A DNA stretch of 64,000 nucleotides from Bryobacterales bacterium (lineage in GTDB: Bacteria > Acidobacteriota > Terriglobia > Bryobacterales > UBA6623), in contig OY729428.2 of NCBI GenBank assembly GCA_963422375.2, positions 3,104,001 through 3,168,000 of the forward strand, written 5' to 3'. Positions 43,278-54,711 of the stretch are shown here, piece by piece. The translations under genes were made by a program, and so were the position numbers. How positions within the stretch are numbered: position 1 is the first letter of the stretch; the number at the start of each line of letters is the position of its first letter. Below the pieces are notes generated by a model. That model was not told where the DNA came from, did no database searches, and worked only from the letters and a program-made list of their open reading frames with translations.

Positions 43278-43558
43278 AGCGGGCAACAGTCTAGCACCGC
43301 GACGCCCGGGAGGGAGCCCAGGTGCATCTCGAGGTCAAGCTCGAAATCGCCGAGGCCCGAGACTACCAGACTCCAAGCCGTCGCAACGCCAAGCCGTACG
43401 TATCCGGGGGCGACAGCTAGGCTAGTATCCGGAAGGCAATTCTCCCTCATTGCTCGCTATACGCCGATACGATCTGCAAGAGCTGCTCGCATGCGCTGCG
43501 GAGCCCATCGGCCAAGCCGTGCAAGACTCGACAGAAATCTTGCTCGTCAGACTATGGG

Positions 43559-46382
43559 GTGATGAACATGCCGAAGAATATCGAGTCGACTTGGAACACC
43601 GAGCTCGGCAGGCTGCTGATCCCCCGCCATCCGCTCTGGAACCAAGACAACGTCCACGCCGAGCGTACGGGCACGCTCCGCAACCATCCGGGTCGTAAGG
43701 TCGACGTCCTTATTGAGAATCCGAACGGTCAGGCAGTCGCCATCGAGACCGAGTTCCACGCCGGCCCCCAAGTCCGACGGGAAGCAGAGCAGCGCCTCGG
43801 GATGTCCATGGAGTCCAGCGGCCGCACCATCGAGAGCTCAATCCCAGTGGTGCTGCCCGACAGCCTGCAGCACGGAGACCCAGGCAGACTCGAGTCGGCC
43901 CCCCTCCGCTACGCCACCCACCAGCTCCTCGCGAATTCGGCCGCACCGCGCCGGTGGCCGCACGAAGGCTGGCTGACCGGCAACATTGACGACCTAGCCG
44001 ACGCGATCGAGGCCGTGTCGCTTTCCGAACGCCGACTTACCCTCGGCGTTCAGACACTGGAGCGGGCCATCTCGGACGGCAGCGCCCACCTGCGCAGGAA
44101 CGTTCCAGAGCACGCCCTCGGCCTAATGGCCGCGAAGCTCCACCAAGAGGAAAGCGAGCAGACCACGCGCATGGCCGTTTCCATCCTTTCAAGCGCGTTC
44201 GTGTTCCACTACGCCATCGAGGGGCAGCCGGGCATTCCGGCCCTCGATTCGCTGCGGGATGAGGACCTGCTCAAGAGCAAGCTCGTCGAGATCTGGGACG
44301 CCATCCTCCTAGTCAACTACTGGCCCATCTTCAGCATCGCCAAGGAGATTCTGCGCCCCATTCCCGCAAGGGTCGTTCCGGCGTTGCTTGCCTTGATCGA
44401 CGGCGCCTCCCAGCAGCTGGCATCGATGGGAGTGACCACGTTCCACGACTTGGCGGGCCGCATGTTCCAGACACTCATCAGCGACCGCTAGTTCCTCGCA
44501 ACCTTCTACACCCTGCCCTCTTCGGCCTGCCTCCTCGCGGAATTGGCGACCGCCCGGCTCGACTTGGACTGGTCGGACGCCGCCGGCGTGGCCGACCTGC
44601 GTGTCGCGGACTTCGCATGTGGCATCGGGGCCCTGCTCTCCGCGGCCCAGCGTGCCGTCTACCGCCGTCACCGCCGGGCCGGGGGCGACGACACCCGACT
44701 CCATAGCGCCATGATGGAGCGCTCGCTGATCGGCACTGACATCATGCCGGCTGCAACCCACATCACGGCCTCGATGCTGTCGAGCACCCATCCCGGCGTG
44801 ACCTACGATCAGTCGATGATCCACCCCCTCCCCTACGGCACCGACGAATGGGGCACATCGATCGGCTCTTTGGACCTGCTCGATTCCAAGCACGCCGAGA
44901 GCCTGTTCGGCACAGGGGGCACGCGCATGGCAGGCAGGGTCGCCCCAGCCGCCCCCAAGGATCGGCGTGAGAGCATTCGCGTCGACGACGAATCCTGCGA
45001 CTTAGTGATCATGAACCCGCCCTTCACCCGCCCTACCGGTCACGAAGCGGCAAAAGTGAGCGTGCCCATGCCAGCCTTTGCCGGCTTCGGGAAGTCCGGC
45101 GAGGAGCAGCGTGCGATGTCGACCAAGCTTCGGAATATCGACCGCGTCTTCGGGCACGGCAGCGCCGGCCTCGCCTCCAACTTCATGGACCTAGCGCACC
45201 GGAAGCTGAAGCCGGGAGGCGTGCTTGCCCTAGTGCTGCCATTCGCTTTCGCCAGCGGACGGGCGTGGCGTGCGGCCCGGGAGGCGCTCGCCGCGCAATA
45301 CAGCGACATCAGCGTAGTCTCCGTCGCTGCCAGCGGATCCACCGACCGGGCGTTCTCGGCCGATACCGGAATGGCCGAGTGCTTGCTGGTGGCGACTAGG
45401 GCGGCGACCGAGCGCGTGCGCGCTAAGAGTGCCGTGTCGTATTCCAACATTGCCTCCCGGCCAAGGTCTCTGCTCGAAGCGCACGTAGAGGCCAAGCGCA
45501 TCGCGACCGGTACGAATCGCATCCATGGCGGCATCGCCGACGGAGGGGCGGCAGCTGTCCGCGAGGCGGGTGTCGCTCAAGCAGCGCTAGGCCTGAAGAC
45601 AGGCAAGCTGCGACTTCCGCGAGAGACCGAGAGACAAGGCCATTCGAGATTGCGGTAACCAAGCCGGCAGATGTCACCGAGCGCGGCCTGTACCACATGG
45701 ACATCAACGGCAGGCCGCCCAGGGGGGCGTTCGACATCCGCAAGAAGCTTCCGGGCGAGTTCCCGACCTATCCTGCGCTATGGACGCACAGCGCGGAGCG
45801 CGAACGCAGGCTGGTCGTGGAGACGGACACCTGCAGCGATCCGCGCCAAGGACTCGAGGAGAAGGCGAGCGCGACATGGCGGCAACAGCGTCCAGACTGC
45901 ATTTCAATGTCGATTTCCGGCTGAACTCGCAGAGCCTCGCGATATGTGTCACTCCTGAACCGAGTCTCGGCGGCCGGGCGTGGGCTAATGTCCGCCCGAG
46001 CAATCCCAAGCACGAAGCACCATTGCTGTTATGGGCTAACACCACGGCGGGCCTTCTGTCGTACTGGTGGAACGCAACCAGGCAGCAGCAGGGGCGCGCC
46101 AGCATCAAGATCACGGCCATTGCGGAAGTATCCGTCCTTGACCCTAGGATTCTGAGCGAGGCCCAGCGGGTCGCCGGTGATCGGATCTACCGGGCGTTCC
46201 TTGATCGGGCCTTCCTTCCTGCGAACGAGGCGTACCGCGACCAGACGCGCAAGGACCTCGATCGCGCCGTGCTGGTCGACCTCCTTGGAATGCCTGCGGG
46301 CTTGCTCGAGTCCTTGGATCTGCTGCGCATGCAATGGTGCGCGGAACCGTCGGTGCATGGCGGAAAATCTACCGCGCCGTGA
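43559..46382 (+). pseudogene. Type IIG-like restriction-modification fusion enzyme (nuclease + N6-MTase + TRD), inactivated
   Basis: VD...AIETE nuclease-like N-terminus; DR*FLATFYT (TAG 44489); ADFACGIG motif I; IMNPPF motif IV; frameshifts near 45640 and 45885; tail WCAEPSVHGGK. Confidence 0.82.
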
Positions 46383-46647
46383 ACCCGTCTGATCCAGCGA
46401 CCATTCTCAAGACAATCACCGCCTGTTCACCATCTCGGCAAGCCAACCGGTTTCGTCGCCGTTGAGGCGCGTGACACCCGGTCCAACAGCCCCGGAACGG
46501 ACTCTCGGCCCGGCCCTGACCATTCGACGGCTAGGACGAGGGCCCCAGCCGAGTGGGCCCGCTTCGGAACGGCGAAAGGGGCCAACGAGACGGGCGGCAT
46601 TCCGCCGATCCCGGAACCGCTTGTGAGCCGCCACGTCGACCGGACTC

Positions 46648-46839
46648 ATGATCGAGAGTGCCATCTCGGTGGCGCTCCCTAGCAGCTTGCAGCACGTTGA
46701 TCCGGAACAACTCGAGCGTGCGCGGTTGCTCTACGCCACCCACCAGTTCGTTGAGATGGCCGACGCGCCGCGTCGGTGGCCATGCGAACGGTGGCTGACC
46801 GGAGCTGTCGACGACCTCGCCGACGCGATTGATCCCTAG
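46648..46839 (+). pseudogene. Fragment of a second paralogue of the RM enzyme N-terminus
   Basis: IESAISVALPSSLQH...YATHQ...PRRWP..WLTGAVDDLADAI aligns with 43830-44008. Confidence 0.75.
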
Positions 46840-48167
46840 CAATTCGAACGAAACTCGCTCTGAATCTCGGTTTTCTGCCGGTCAGGCCGTCATCCTCGAT
46901 GTAGCGACCAGGTAATGACCACTGCTTGCATGGACAGCGCCCGGCGTGCCGCGATCAAGTCGAGTTCGTGCGACGAGTCGAGACCCGTGCCGAGGGAGCC
47001 GCCGCCGGCGTCTCCTACCGCCTGGTCCCTTCCCGGCGCGAGCACCGCGGCAAGGTGCGCCAGCTCGTCCTGGCCCATTTCCCAGCCGGGCTCGATGACC
47101 GCGCACCCAAGGACCACCGGCCGCGTCTTGTCGCCGCCACGGAGGACGCCGCTCGCCGCGCTGCCATCCACCTTGCGGCATGCCGACGTGCGCGAGGCCG
47201 GGCGGCACGACTTGCAGGTGGCCCGGGAGCTGGGCCTGCGTGCGTGCCTGGAAGACGGCGGCCTGCGCAGGCCAGATCCGGCTGGGCATGGCCTGGATCC
47301 TGCATCCGTCCAGCGAGAGGGAGATCCTGCGCTGGCTGCGCCACCACTCGGCCCTCGGCGAACTGCTGGGGCCGCCTCCCGGCGACCTCGCCGCCGACGC
47401 CCCGTGGCGGGTCGAGCCGCGCATCGTCTTCTACGACCTCTCCAACACGTTCCACACCGGCTGGCCAGGGCACGAGTGCGCCGCGCACGGCCGCCCCAAG
47501 TAGGAGCGTCACGACTGCCCGCTGGTCACCCTGGGGCTGCTGATGGACGGGGAGGGCTTCCCGCGACGCTCGGAAGCGCTGGCGGGCAACGTCGGCGAGG
47601 CCGACACGTCGCGGGACGCGATGGAGCGCCTGGGCGCGGGGCAGGGCGAGCCACCCGCGGGCAAGCGGGCCAAGGACGTGGCGGAGTTGCGGTCGCCGCA
47701 CGGGGGCCTTGCGGTGAAGGGGTGCCTGAGGTCGCTCGACAAGGTGACGCGCAAGGTGGGCGGCTCGAGGAGACGTACAAGCTGGTGGCGTGCCAGTACA
47801 CGGTCACGGTGGAAGCCGGAGAGAAGGGCCGGGCGGCCGCTATGCACCGGGAGCCCGACCGGCGCTATCCGGAGCGCGACCGGATCCAAGGCACGAGCCT
47901 GCTGCGCACCAGCCAGTTCGAGTGAGACGACACCCGGATCGCGCTCGAGTGCTGCCGCCTGGCGGAAATCGAGGCGACCTTCCGGTGCTTCAAGGTGCTT
48001 CAAGGAGGAGCTGGGCTTGCGCCCCCTGTGCCACCGCCCCGGCCGACGGGGGGAGCGGGGCGACGCAGGACAACAGAATGTGGTGACCGCAAATCCGCTT
48101 GGCGGAAGTTCAAGTCAACGAAATCAACGACTTACAGGTGCCCCTTCTGAAAGACCCGAAACTTGGG
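46840..48167 (+). mobile_element. IS1634-family remnant
   Basis: FVRR...YRLV...GKVRQ, FYDLSNT, K*ERHDCPLVTLGL, EIEATFRCFKEELGLRP; heavily deleted; left boundary approximate. Confidence 0.78.
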
Positions 48168-48425
48168 AGCAGTGATCTCGAATCTCGTTACGGATACGGC
48201 CGTGCGGTCGTCTGTAAGTTGAGAGGCTCGGCGCCCGCTACTCCATCCAGCGCATACCTGGTCACCTCGGAGTCGGCCGGGTTGACCGCGCTTCGGCGCG
48301 AGCCGTTCGGGAGGCGTTCGCGACAACGCCGCGTCCCGCCGGGTCGGGCAGTCCCGATTGGTTTCTAATGGGTGTGTCCGGTCGCACTGGCTCTCGGTAT
48401 CAACGGATCTAAGGGGGAATTCCCG

Positions 48426-49862
48426 ATGCATCACCTGCACATCAAGGTTGCGCTGTTCCTCGCCGCCGCGGCCGTCGCGCTGCAAGCGGCGAACTGGGAG
48501 CGCTGGCGCGGCGGGGAGAACAGCGGCATGGCGTCCGGGGACGCCCCGCTGCGCTGGAGTTCGACAGAGAACATCAAGTGGACGGCGGAGATACCCGGAA
48601 GGGCCCACTCCACCCCCGTGATCTGGCAGGACAGGCTGTTCCTCACGACGGCGGTCCCGGCCCGGTCCGTCGAGGAGGTCGAAGCGGCTCGGCGGGCCGC
48701 AACGGCGGCGATCGACCTGGAGGAGCTAAGACCGGAGCTGGAAGCGCACTACCTGCGGCTCGCGGGCGGCAAGCAGCCTTCCGAACTCACCACTGCCGAG
48801 CGCAGGCGCATCACGCGGCAGCTCGGTCGCGTAGGCGCGGTTCGCGGCACCGCGGCGGGAATCGAGCACCGGTTCGTCGTCATGGCGCTCGACAGGGATA
48901 CCGGCGAGACGATCTGGGAGCGGACGCCGGTCACCGAGACGCCTCACGAGGGGTACCACCGCCGCTACGGCAGCTTCGCTTCGATCTCTCCCGTCACGGA
49001 CGGCGAGCGTCTGTACGTCTCTTTCGGTTCGCGCGGCCTCTTCGCCTACGACCTGAACGGAAGCCTCGCATGGAAAAAGGACTACGGCATTCCGCTGCAG
49101 ATGGCGGGCACCTTCGGGGAAGGTAGATCGCCCGCTCTCCACGGCGAGACGCTGCTCATGGTCTTCGACCACCAAGGAGACTCGTTCATCTCCGCTCTCG
49201 ACAAGCGCACCGGCGAGGAGCGCTGGAGGCGGCAGCGCAACGAGCGCAGCGCGTGGTCGCATCCGCTCGTCACCGAGCACGCCGGGAGAACCCAAGCCAT
49301 CGTGACCGCATCCGGCAAGATTCGCAGCTACGACTTGGAATCCGGCGAATTGATCTGGGAGTGCGCCGGCCTCGGATCGAACGTGATTCCGGCCGTGGTT
49401 CGCGACGGGGACGTGGTCTTCGCAATGAGCGGACACCGGGATCCGAACCTACTGGCCATCCGCCTCGGCGGCGAGGGCGACGTCACCGGAAGCGACTTGG
49501 TCCTGTGGACCAACCAGCGCGGCAACTCGTATACGCCTTCCCCGGTGATCCACGAGGGCATCCTGTACTTCGTCACCGACCGAGGCTTGGCCAGCGCTTT
49601 CGACGCGCAAACTGGCAAGCCCCATTACCAGCAGCAGCGGCTCCCGAGCACCTACTCGCTGAAAGCGTCCCCCATCGCAGCGAACGGGAAGCTGTACATC
49701 GCTACCGAGCAGGGCGACGTCGTGGTGCTCAGGATGGGCCCGGAATACGAGGTCCTAGCAACCAATACGATCGACGGGGAGTTTTTCGTGGCGTCTCCGA
49801 TAATCGCGGACGGCGAGATCTTCCTCCGCGGCCGCAACAAGCTCTACGCCGTCAGCGACTGA
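48426..49862 (+). CDS. PQQ-binding-like beta-propeller protein
   Basis: NWERWRG, NIKW, HSTPVI, SPVTDG, TPSPV repeats; signal peptide. Confidence 0.88.
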   Translation: MHHLHIKVALFLAAAAVALQAANWERWRGGENSGMASGDAPLRWSSTENIKWTAEIPGRAHSTPVIWQDRLFLTTAVPARSVEEVEAARRAATAAIDLEELRPELEAHYLRLAGGKQPSELTTAERRRITRQLGRVGAVRGTAAGIEHRFVVMALDRDTGETIWERTPVTETPHEGYHRRYGSFASISPVTDGERLYVSFGSRGLFAYDLNGSLAWKKDYGIPLQMAGTFGEGRSPALHGETLLMVFDHQGDSFISALDKRTGEERWRRQRNERSAWSHPLVTEHAGRTQAIVTASGKIRSYDLESGELIWECAGLGSNVIPAVVRDGDVVFAMSGHRDPNLLAIRLGGEGDVTGSDLVLWTNQRGNSYTPSPVIHEGILYFVTDRGLASAFDAQTGKPHYQQQRLPSTYSLKASPIAANGKLYIATEQGDVVVLRMGPEYEVLATNTIDGEFFVASPIIADGEIFLRGRNKLYAVSD

Positions 49863-49893
49863 GAGGCTTCCCGGGCCGCCGGCTGGGCGGCGA

Positions 49894-51030
49894 TTGCGGC
49901 GGGCGGGCTACCACGCGGAAGCGACCGGCAAGTTCGAACTGAATCCCGACTTCGACATCGGCTTCGTCGAGTACGAGACGCGCCATGCCCGTCGCACGGA
50001 GCCGGACATCACATCGCTGTTTCTCAGCCCGGTCGCCTACCGCAGCGGCGAGCGCGAGCTGACCCGGGGCCGCCCGAGCGACATCCCGCACGCCGACGCC
50101 AGGATAACCGGCAACTGCGTCGAGTTCCTGCGCGAGAGAGCGCACGGCCTCGGGAGACCGTGGTGCTACCACGCCGGGTTCACCGCCCCGCACCCCGCTT
50201 TGGTCGCGGGACGCCGGTGCTGGGACATGTAGCCCCTCGAGGAAATCGACCTGCTCGACCTGCCCGCCGCCTACAGCGAGACACACCTCCTGACATTCCC
50301 GGGTTTCCGCCATTTCGAGCGCGTCGCGACGCCGATACCCTAGCACCGCGTCGGGGAGGCCCGCGCCGGTTACTACGGAGTGGTCACCGCACTGGACGAG
50401 CACATCGGGTAGGTCTGGCGAGCCGTCGAGGAAACCGGCCAGATCGACGCTGCCGAATTGGGGGTCACGTCCGACCGCAGCGAGGCGCTGGGCGCCCACG
50501 GGCTCCGGCCCCGGAACAACCTGCTCGAGCCGGCCGCTCACGTGCCCCGTCTCGTCGCCGGGGCCGGTCTACCCAAGGACCGGAGGGTGGACTGGGCCCC
50601 GAGGAGCCACGTGGACCCAGTCCGAGCCCCGCTCGAACGGAGCAGAGCGCTGGGCGGCGAGGAGTTGCGGGCATGCTCGCTGGTCCGGCTTATGCACGGC
50701 CAGTCCGGAGACCATCCCGGCTGGGCGTACTCGGAGCGCCATTCGGAGGGCAACGCCGCGGGCTCGTTCACGATCCGCGAGGGCCCGTGGAAATACGTTC
50801 GTTTCGCTTGGTACGGCAACCCGCTCTTCAACTTGGACGACGACCCGGGCGAGCTCCGCGACCGCAGCGGCGACCCGTCTGTGCGACCGGCGCTGCAAGA
50901 CCTGCGCGCCGTGCTCGACTCGCAGGCTGACTCCGAAGCCTTCGCTCGAGCCGGCATCGCCGAGCAGGAGCGGACGCTCGCGGATCTCGCGCGGGCCCTT
51001 GCCGCGGCGGCCAAGCGCGGGTTCGGGTAG
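49894..51030 (+). pseudogene. Sulfatase (choline-sulfatase-like) remnant
   Basis: GFTAPHP, YYGVVTALDEHIG, IREGPWKY, LFNLDDDPGE in one frame with TAG at 50230, 50341 and 50410; catalytic N-terminus missing; SDHG decayed to SDRS. Confidence 0.8.
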
Positions 51031-51069
51031 GACGGCAGGTGAATCCGGCCGCCGGGAGCCGAGTCCGTG

Positions 51070-53514
51070 CTACTCCGTCTCCGCGAGCAGCCAGGCCTCG
51101 GGATCGATGACCACCCTCGAAGCGGGATTCCTCAGCACGACGGAGAACCCCGGATCCTCGCCGCCGCCGGGTATGTCGCCGGTAACCACGGTCTTGACGA
51201 GCGACCGTCCCGGCAGGGTATGCACCTCGACCGGCACGCTCGCGGTGAAGTAGTCCGGCACCCCGCGCTGCAGCAGCCGTAGATCGAACCGATGCTGCCC
51301 CCCGCGCGGCACCTGGCTCCATTCCGCCGAATAGCGCGGGATGCCGGTGCCGTAGACCCACTGATCAAAGAAGTCGCGCAGGTCCCCGTCCGGGTAGCCC
51401 TCCGGGAGGAATTCCCCGACGAGCGCGCGGAACCCCTCGGTCGTGACCGGCTCGTCCGCGTGGCGCGAGCACATCTCGCGCAGCATGGAGAAGAAGCTCT
51501 CGTCCCCTAGGATGCCGCGGAGCATGTGAACGATCCAAGCGCCCTTCTCGTAGACGATGACACGGTACGCGCTGGGAAGCTTGGACGTGCGCAAGCGCCT
51601 GCCCAGCACGATGGGGCCTGCGCTCTCGACGGTCGCGTCACCCGACTTGCGGAGGAGGTTGGCGCGGAATCCCGCCAGGGCCGCGTCGCGCTCCGCTGGC
51701 CCCATGCGCTCCTCCAGCCAGAGCAACGACGAGTACGTCGCCAACGCCTCCAAGATCCAAGCGTCCCGGTCCAGCAGAGAGCCCACCACGCCGCCCCACC
51801 ACTGGTGGGCGATCTCATGCGGACGGAGCAGGTCGGCGTAGAAGCGCTGCCGACTCGCGGGAAGATTGCGCAGCAACTGGTCGCCCTTCTGGAAGTAGCT
51901 CAGCGTCGAGGCGTACACCAAACCGGGGAAGCCCTGGCCGAAGTCCCCCGGCACCGGAGAGATCACCGTGACGGGCAGGGCCGGATCGCCGAACCGGCTC
52001 TTGAAGTAGCGGAACGCGTCGGCGCTGTCGTCGGCGATCCGCTCAATGCCGTCCGCGGGATTCGGAACCGGCGGGTTCGGCATGACCAGCACCGGGGTCT
52101 GGCCGCCTCGGTCCCGTCGCCGCCTCGCTCCGGGCACGGGGCTCCGCGGCACGATCACTGGAGTGCGGGACGGCTGCAGGCGCTGCTCGACCTTCTTGGT
52201 CGCGCGAACTTCCACGCGGAAGCCGTCCACGTCGCGGCCCGCAGAGACGTAGTCCCCGAGGTTGAACCCGGCGAGCTGGATAGGTTTGCCGCTGTCAAAC
52301 CGCGAGATTCTCATTCCAGCCTCCGTTGAATCGGACAGAAGCGATCCCGTGGCCACGAGCTCTAGCGTGGCCGGATAACGGAACTCCATCCGGTACCGGG
52401 CCTTGCTGTATCCGGCCCTGGGATACCAGTCGGTCCGGTCCCCGACGGAGTAGATTCCGGATCCGTCGTCGCCCACCACCTTGCCGGCATACTCGAACTC
52501 GATCGGATAGCTGCCCCTGTCTAGGGGCGGGTCGGGAAGCAGCACGACGAGCAGCGCGCTGTCCTCCCCCCTGCCCCGTGCACGCTCCGGACGCCTCTGC
52601 CGGAAGATCTCCGCGGCGCGGCCGTCGATGCGCACCGCGGTCACATCCAATCGCCCGGAGAGCTCGAACCCGAGCGCCCGGGCCCTCGGATCGGACAGGT
52701 CGAGCGTGGCTCGAACCCGGACCTGCATGTAGAGGTCGGTGGCAAGGCGAGCCTCGATCCGGTAGTCGCCTAGCGTGGCCGGGGGCGTCCAGGGAGCGCT
52801 CGCGCCGTCGCGGAAGGACCGGCCCTCGAACCGGGTCCAGACCTCGTAGTAGTCCCGCCCGCCTGACCGCACCAGCTGCCCGACGACGACCTGCTCGGGC
52901 AGCGTCGCGTCGACCACCACGTCGAAGCGACCCAGCGTCGCTCCCCGGATGGCGGCGACGAAGAAGCCCGCATCGTTCCCGCGCCCGGAGCGGAGATCCA
53001 GCAGGACGCGAGGCGCGGACCCCTCGACCAAGTTGCGCAGGACGACGGACCAGCGCGGCGCGATGCGCCGCCCCTCCTCGGCATCGAGGCTCCAGGACGG
53101 GGACTCCCGCAGCGCCTGCTCGAGCGCTTCCGCCGTGTCGTCGGTGAAGAACATCATCGCGTTGCGGAACTTCTCGTTGAGAATCGTCTCGTCGAGAAAG
53201 CCCGCGATGGACTGCCGCTCCGCGGGCGAGGGCGGTATTACGAGGACCTCGCCGACATCGGTCTGCGACGTCGACAGGAACAGGGCCGCGACGGTGCGGC
53301 CGAGCACCGGCTTGGCCAAGATCAAGTGTCCGTCGGTGAAGAAGAGCTTGACTTCCTCGCGCTCGAGGTAGACGTCGCGGACGCGGTAGCAGCGCTCCGG
53401 ATCTAGCTCGATGGACTGGATCGTCCGCAGCAGGTCAGCGCCTTGGGACGCCGCCAAGAGGGCGGCCGCCCATTGCAATGCAAACGCCAGCCGGATCAGC
53501 ATTCGCCGCTCCAA
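51070..53514 (-). CDS. M1-family aminopeptidase-like protein
   Basis: HEIAHQWWG...EALATY zinc motif; VYEKGAWIVHMLR. Confidence 0.88.
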   Translation of the reverse strand: MERRMLIRLAFALQWAAALLAASQGADLLRTIQSIELDPERCYRVRDVYLEREEVKLFFTDGHLILAKPVLGRTVAALFLSTSQTDVGEVLVIPPSPAERQSIAGFLDETILNEKFRNAMMFFTDDTAEALEQALRESPSWSLDAEEGRRIAPRWSVVLRNLVEGSAPRVLLDLRSGRGNDAGFFVAAIRGATLGRFDVVVDATLPEQVVVGQLVRSGGRDYYEVWTRFEGRSFRDGASAPWTPPATLGDYRIEARLATDLYMQVRVRATLDLSDPRARALGFELSGRLDVTAVRIDGRAAEIFRQRRPERARGRGEDSALLVVLLPDPPLDRGSYPIEFEYAGKVVGDDGSGIYSVGDRTDWYPRAGYSKARYRMEFRYPATLELVATGSLLSDSTEAGMRISRFDSGKPIQLAGFNLGDYVSAGRDVDGFRVEVRATKKVEQRLQPSRTPVIVPRSPVPGARRRRDRGGQTPVLVMPNPPVPNPADGIERIADDSADAFRYFKSRFGDPALPVTVISPVPGDFGQGFPGLVYASTLSYFQKGDQLLRNLPASRQRFYADLLRPHEIAHQWWGGVVGSLLDRDAWILEALATYSSLLWLEERMGPAERDAALAGFRANLLRKSGDATVESAGPIVLGRRLRTSKLPSAYRVIVYEKGAWIVHMLRGILGDESFFSMLREMCSRHADEPVTTEGFRALVGEFLPEGYPDGDLRDFFDQWVYGTGIPRYSAEWSQVPRGGQHRFDLRLLQRGVPDYFTASVPVEVHTLPGRSLVKTVVTGDIPGGGEDPGFSVVLRNPASRVVIDPEAWLLAETE

Positions 53515-53642
53515 CTCAGATTGTACGGGCCTGAACGGTCAGCCGGGGCGCTCCGAGCGGCGCCCCGAAGGAACCCAATCCTCCGCTAGCGCGTCTCACA
53601 CATCCAGCAGCCAGCCGGCGTCCAAGCACCGCGAGGTCCACC

Positions 53643-54674
53643 ATGAAGCGAATCGTCCCCCACTTCACTGTCGCAGCCGTCGCTCTCGCCCTGGCGGCGG
53701 GCCAGTGCCTGGCCGAGCTCCGCGCCGTACCCGAGGGCGCGTCGCCCGCGCCGCGGAACCCCAAGCAGGACGTTGCCAGGATCGGCGACAGGCCGGTCGG
53801 CAAGGGAGTCAACTTCTACAGCATCGAGAAAGAGATCGAGATGGGCCGGAAACTCGCAGACGAGATCGAGCAAGCCGCCCGGATCGTAGAAGACCCGGGG
53901 ATCGCCGAGTTCGTCAACCGGATCGGGCAGAACATCGCCCGCAGCTCGGACTCGAAGGTCCCGTTGGCGATCAAGGTGATCGACTCGGAAGAGGTCAACG
54001 CCTTCGCCCTGCCGGGCGGCTTCCTCTACGTGAACACCGGCTTGATCGAGCTTGCCGAGGACGAAGCCGAGCTCGCGGGAGTAATGGCCCACGAGGTCGC
54101 CCATGTGGCGGCCCGGCACAGCACCCGCAGCGCGACTAGAGCCCAGCTCTCGCAGTTCGCGACCCTTCCACTCGTTTTCATCGGAGGCTGGGCGGGCTAC
54201 GGAGCCCAGCAGGCCGCCAAGTTCGCCATTCCAATGACCATGCTGAAGTTCTCGCGGGACTTCGAGCGGGAGGCGGACCTGCTCGGCGTGCAGTACATGT
54301 ACGAGGCCGGGTACGACCCGGCGTCGATGGTGCAGTTCTTCGAGCGCCTGCAAGCGATGAAGAAGAAGAACGAGAACGTGATCGCCCGGGCATTCGGCTC
54401 GCACCCGCTCACCAAGAGCCGCATCCGACACGTCCAGGAAGCCATCGACAAGATCCTGCCCGAGCGCGCGCAGTACGCCGTCACAACGAGCGAGTTCCAA
54501 GAGGTGAAGGATCGAATCGCGCGGATCAACGCGAGACGCAAGCCGACCGCGGAGGATCCGGACAGGCCGACGCTCAGGCGAAGGAATGGCGAGGAGCCTG
54601 TCCTGCCGGGCGATCCCGACGCCGAGGCGGCAGAAGCCGAGCGACCGACGCTGACGCGGCGCCACGCGTCCTAA
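53643..54674 (+). CDS. M48-family metalloprotease
   Basis: VNAFALPGG, HEVAH, EREAD, SHP; signal peptide; GAGG RBS. Confidence 0.92.
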   Translation: MKRIVPHFTVAAVALALAAGQCLAELRAVPEGASPAPRNPKQDVARIGDRPVGKGVNFYSIEKEIEMGRKLADEIEQAARIVEDPGIAEFVNRIGQNIARSSDSKVPLAIKVIDSEEVNAFALPGGFLYVNTGLIELAEDEAELAGVMAHEVAHVAARHSTRSATRAQLSQFATLPLVFIGGWAGYGAQQAAKFAIPMTMLKFSRDFEREADLLGVQYMYEAGYDPASMVQFFERLQAMKKKNENVIARAFGSHPLTKSRIRHVQEAIDKILPERAQYAVTTSEFQEVKDRIARINARRKPTAEDPDRPTLRRRNGEEPVLPGDPDAEAAEAERPTLTRRHAS

Positions 54675-54676
54675 CA

Positions 54677-54702
54677 GGCCACGGGGGCGGCCTCTCGTGG
54701 CC
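54677..54702. terminator. Hairpin between convergent genes (possible bidirectional terminator)
   Basis: GGCCACGGGGG...CTCTCGTGGCC inverted repeat; no U tract. Confidence 0.45.
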
Positions 54703-54711
54703 CCGCTCGCG

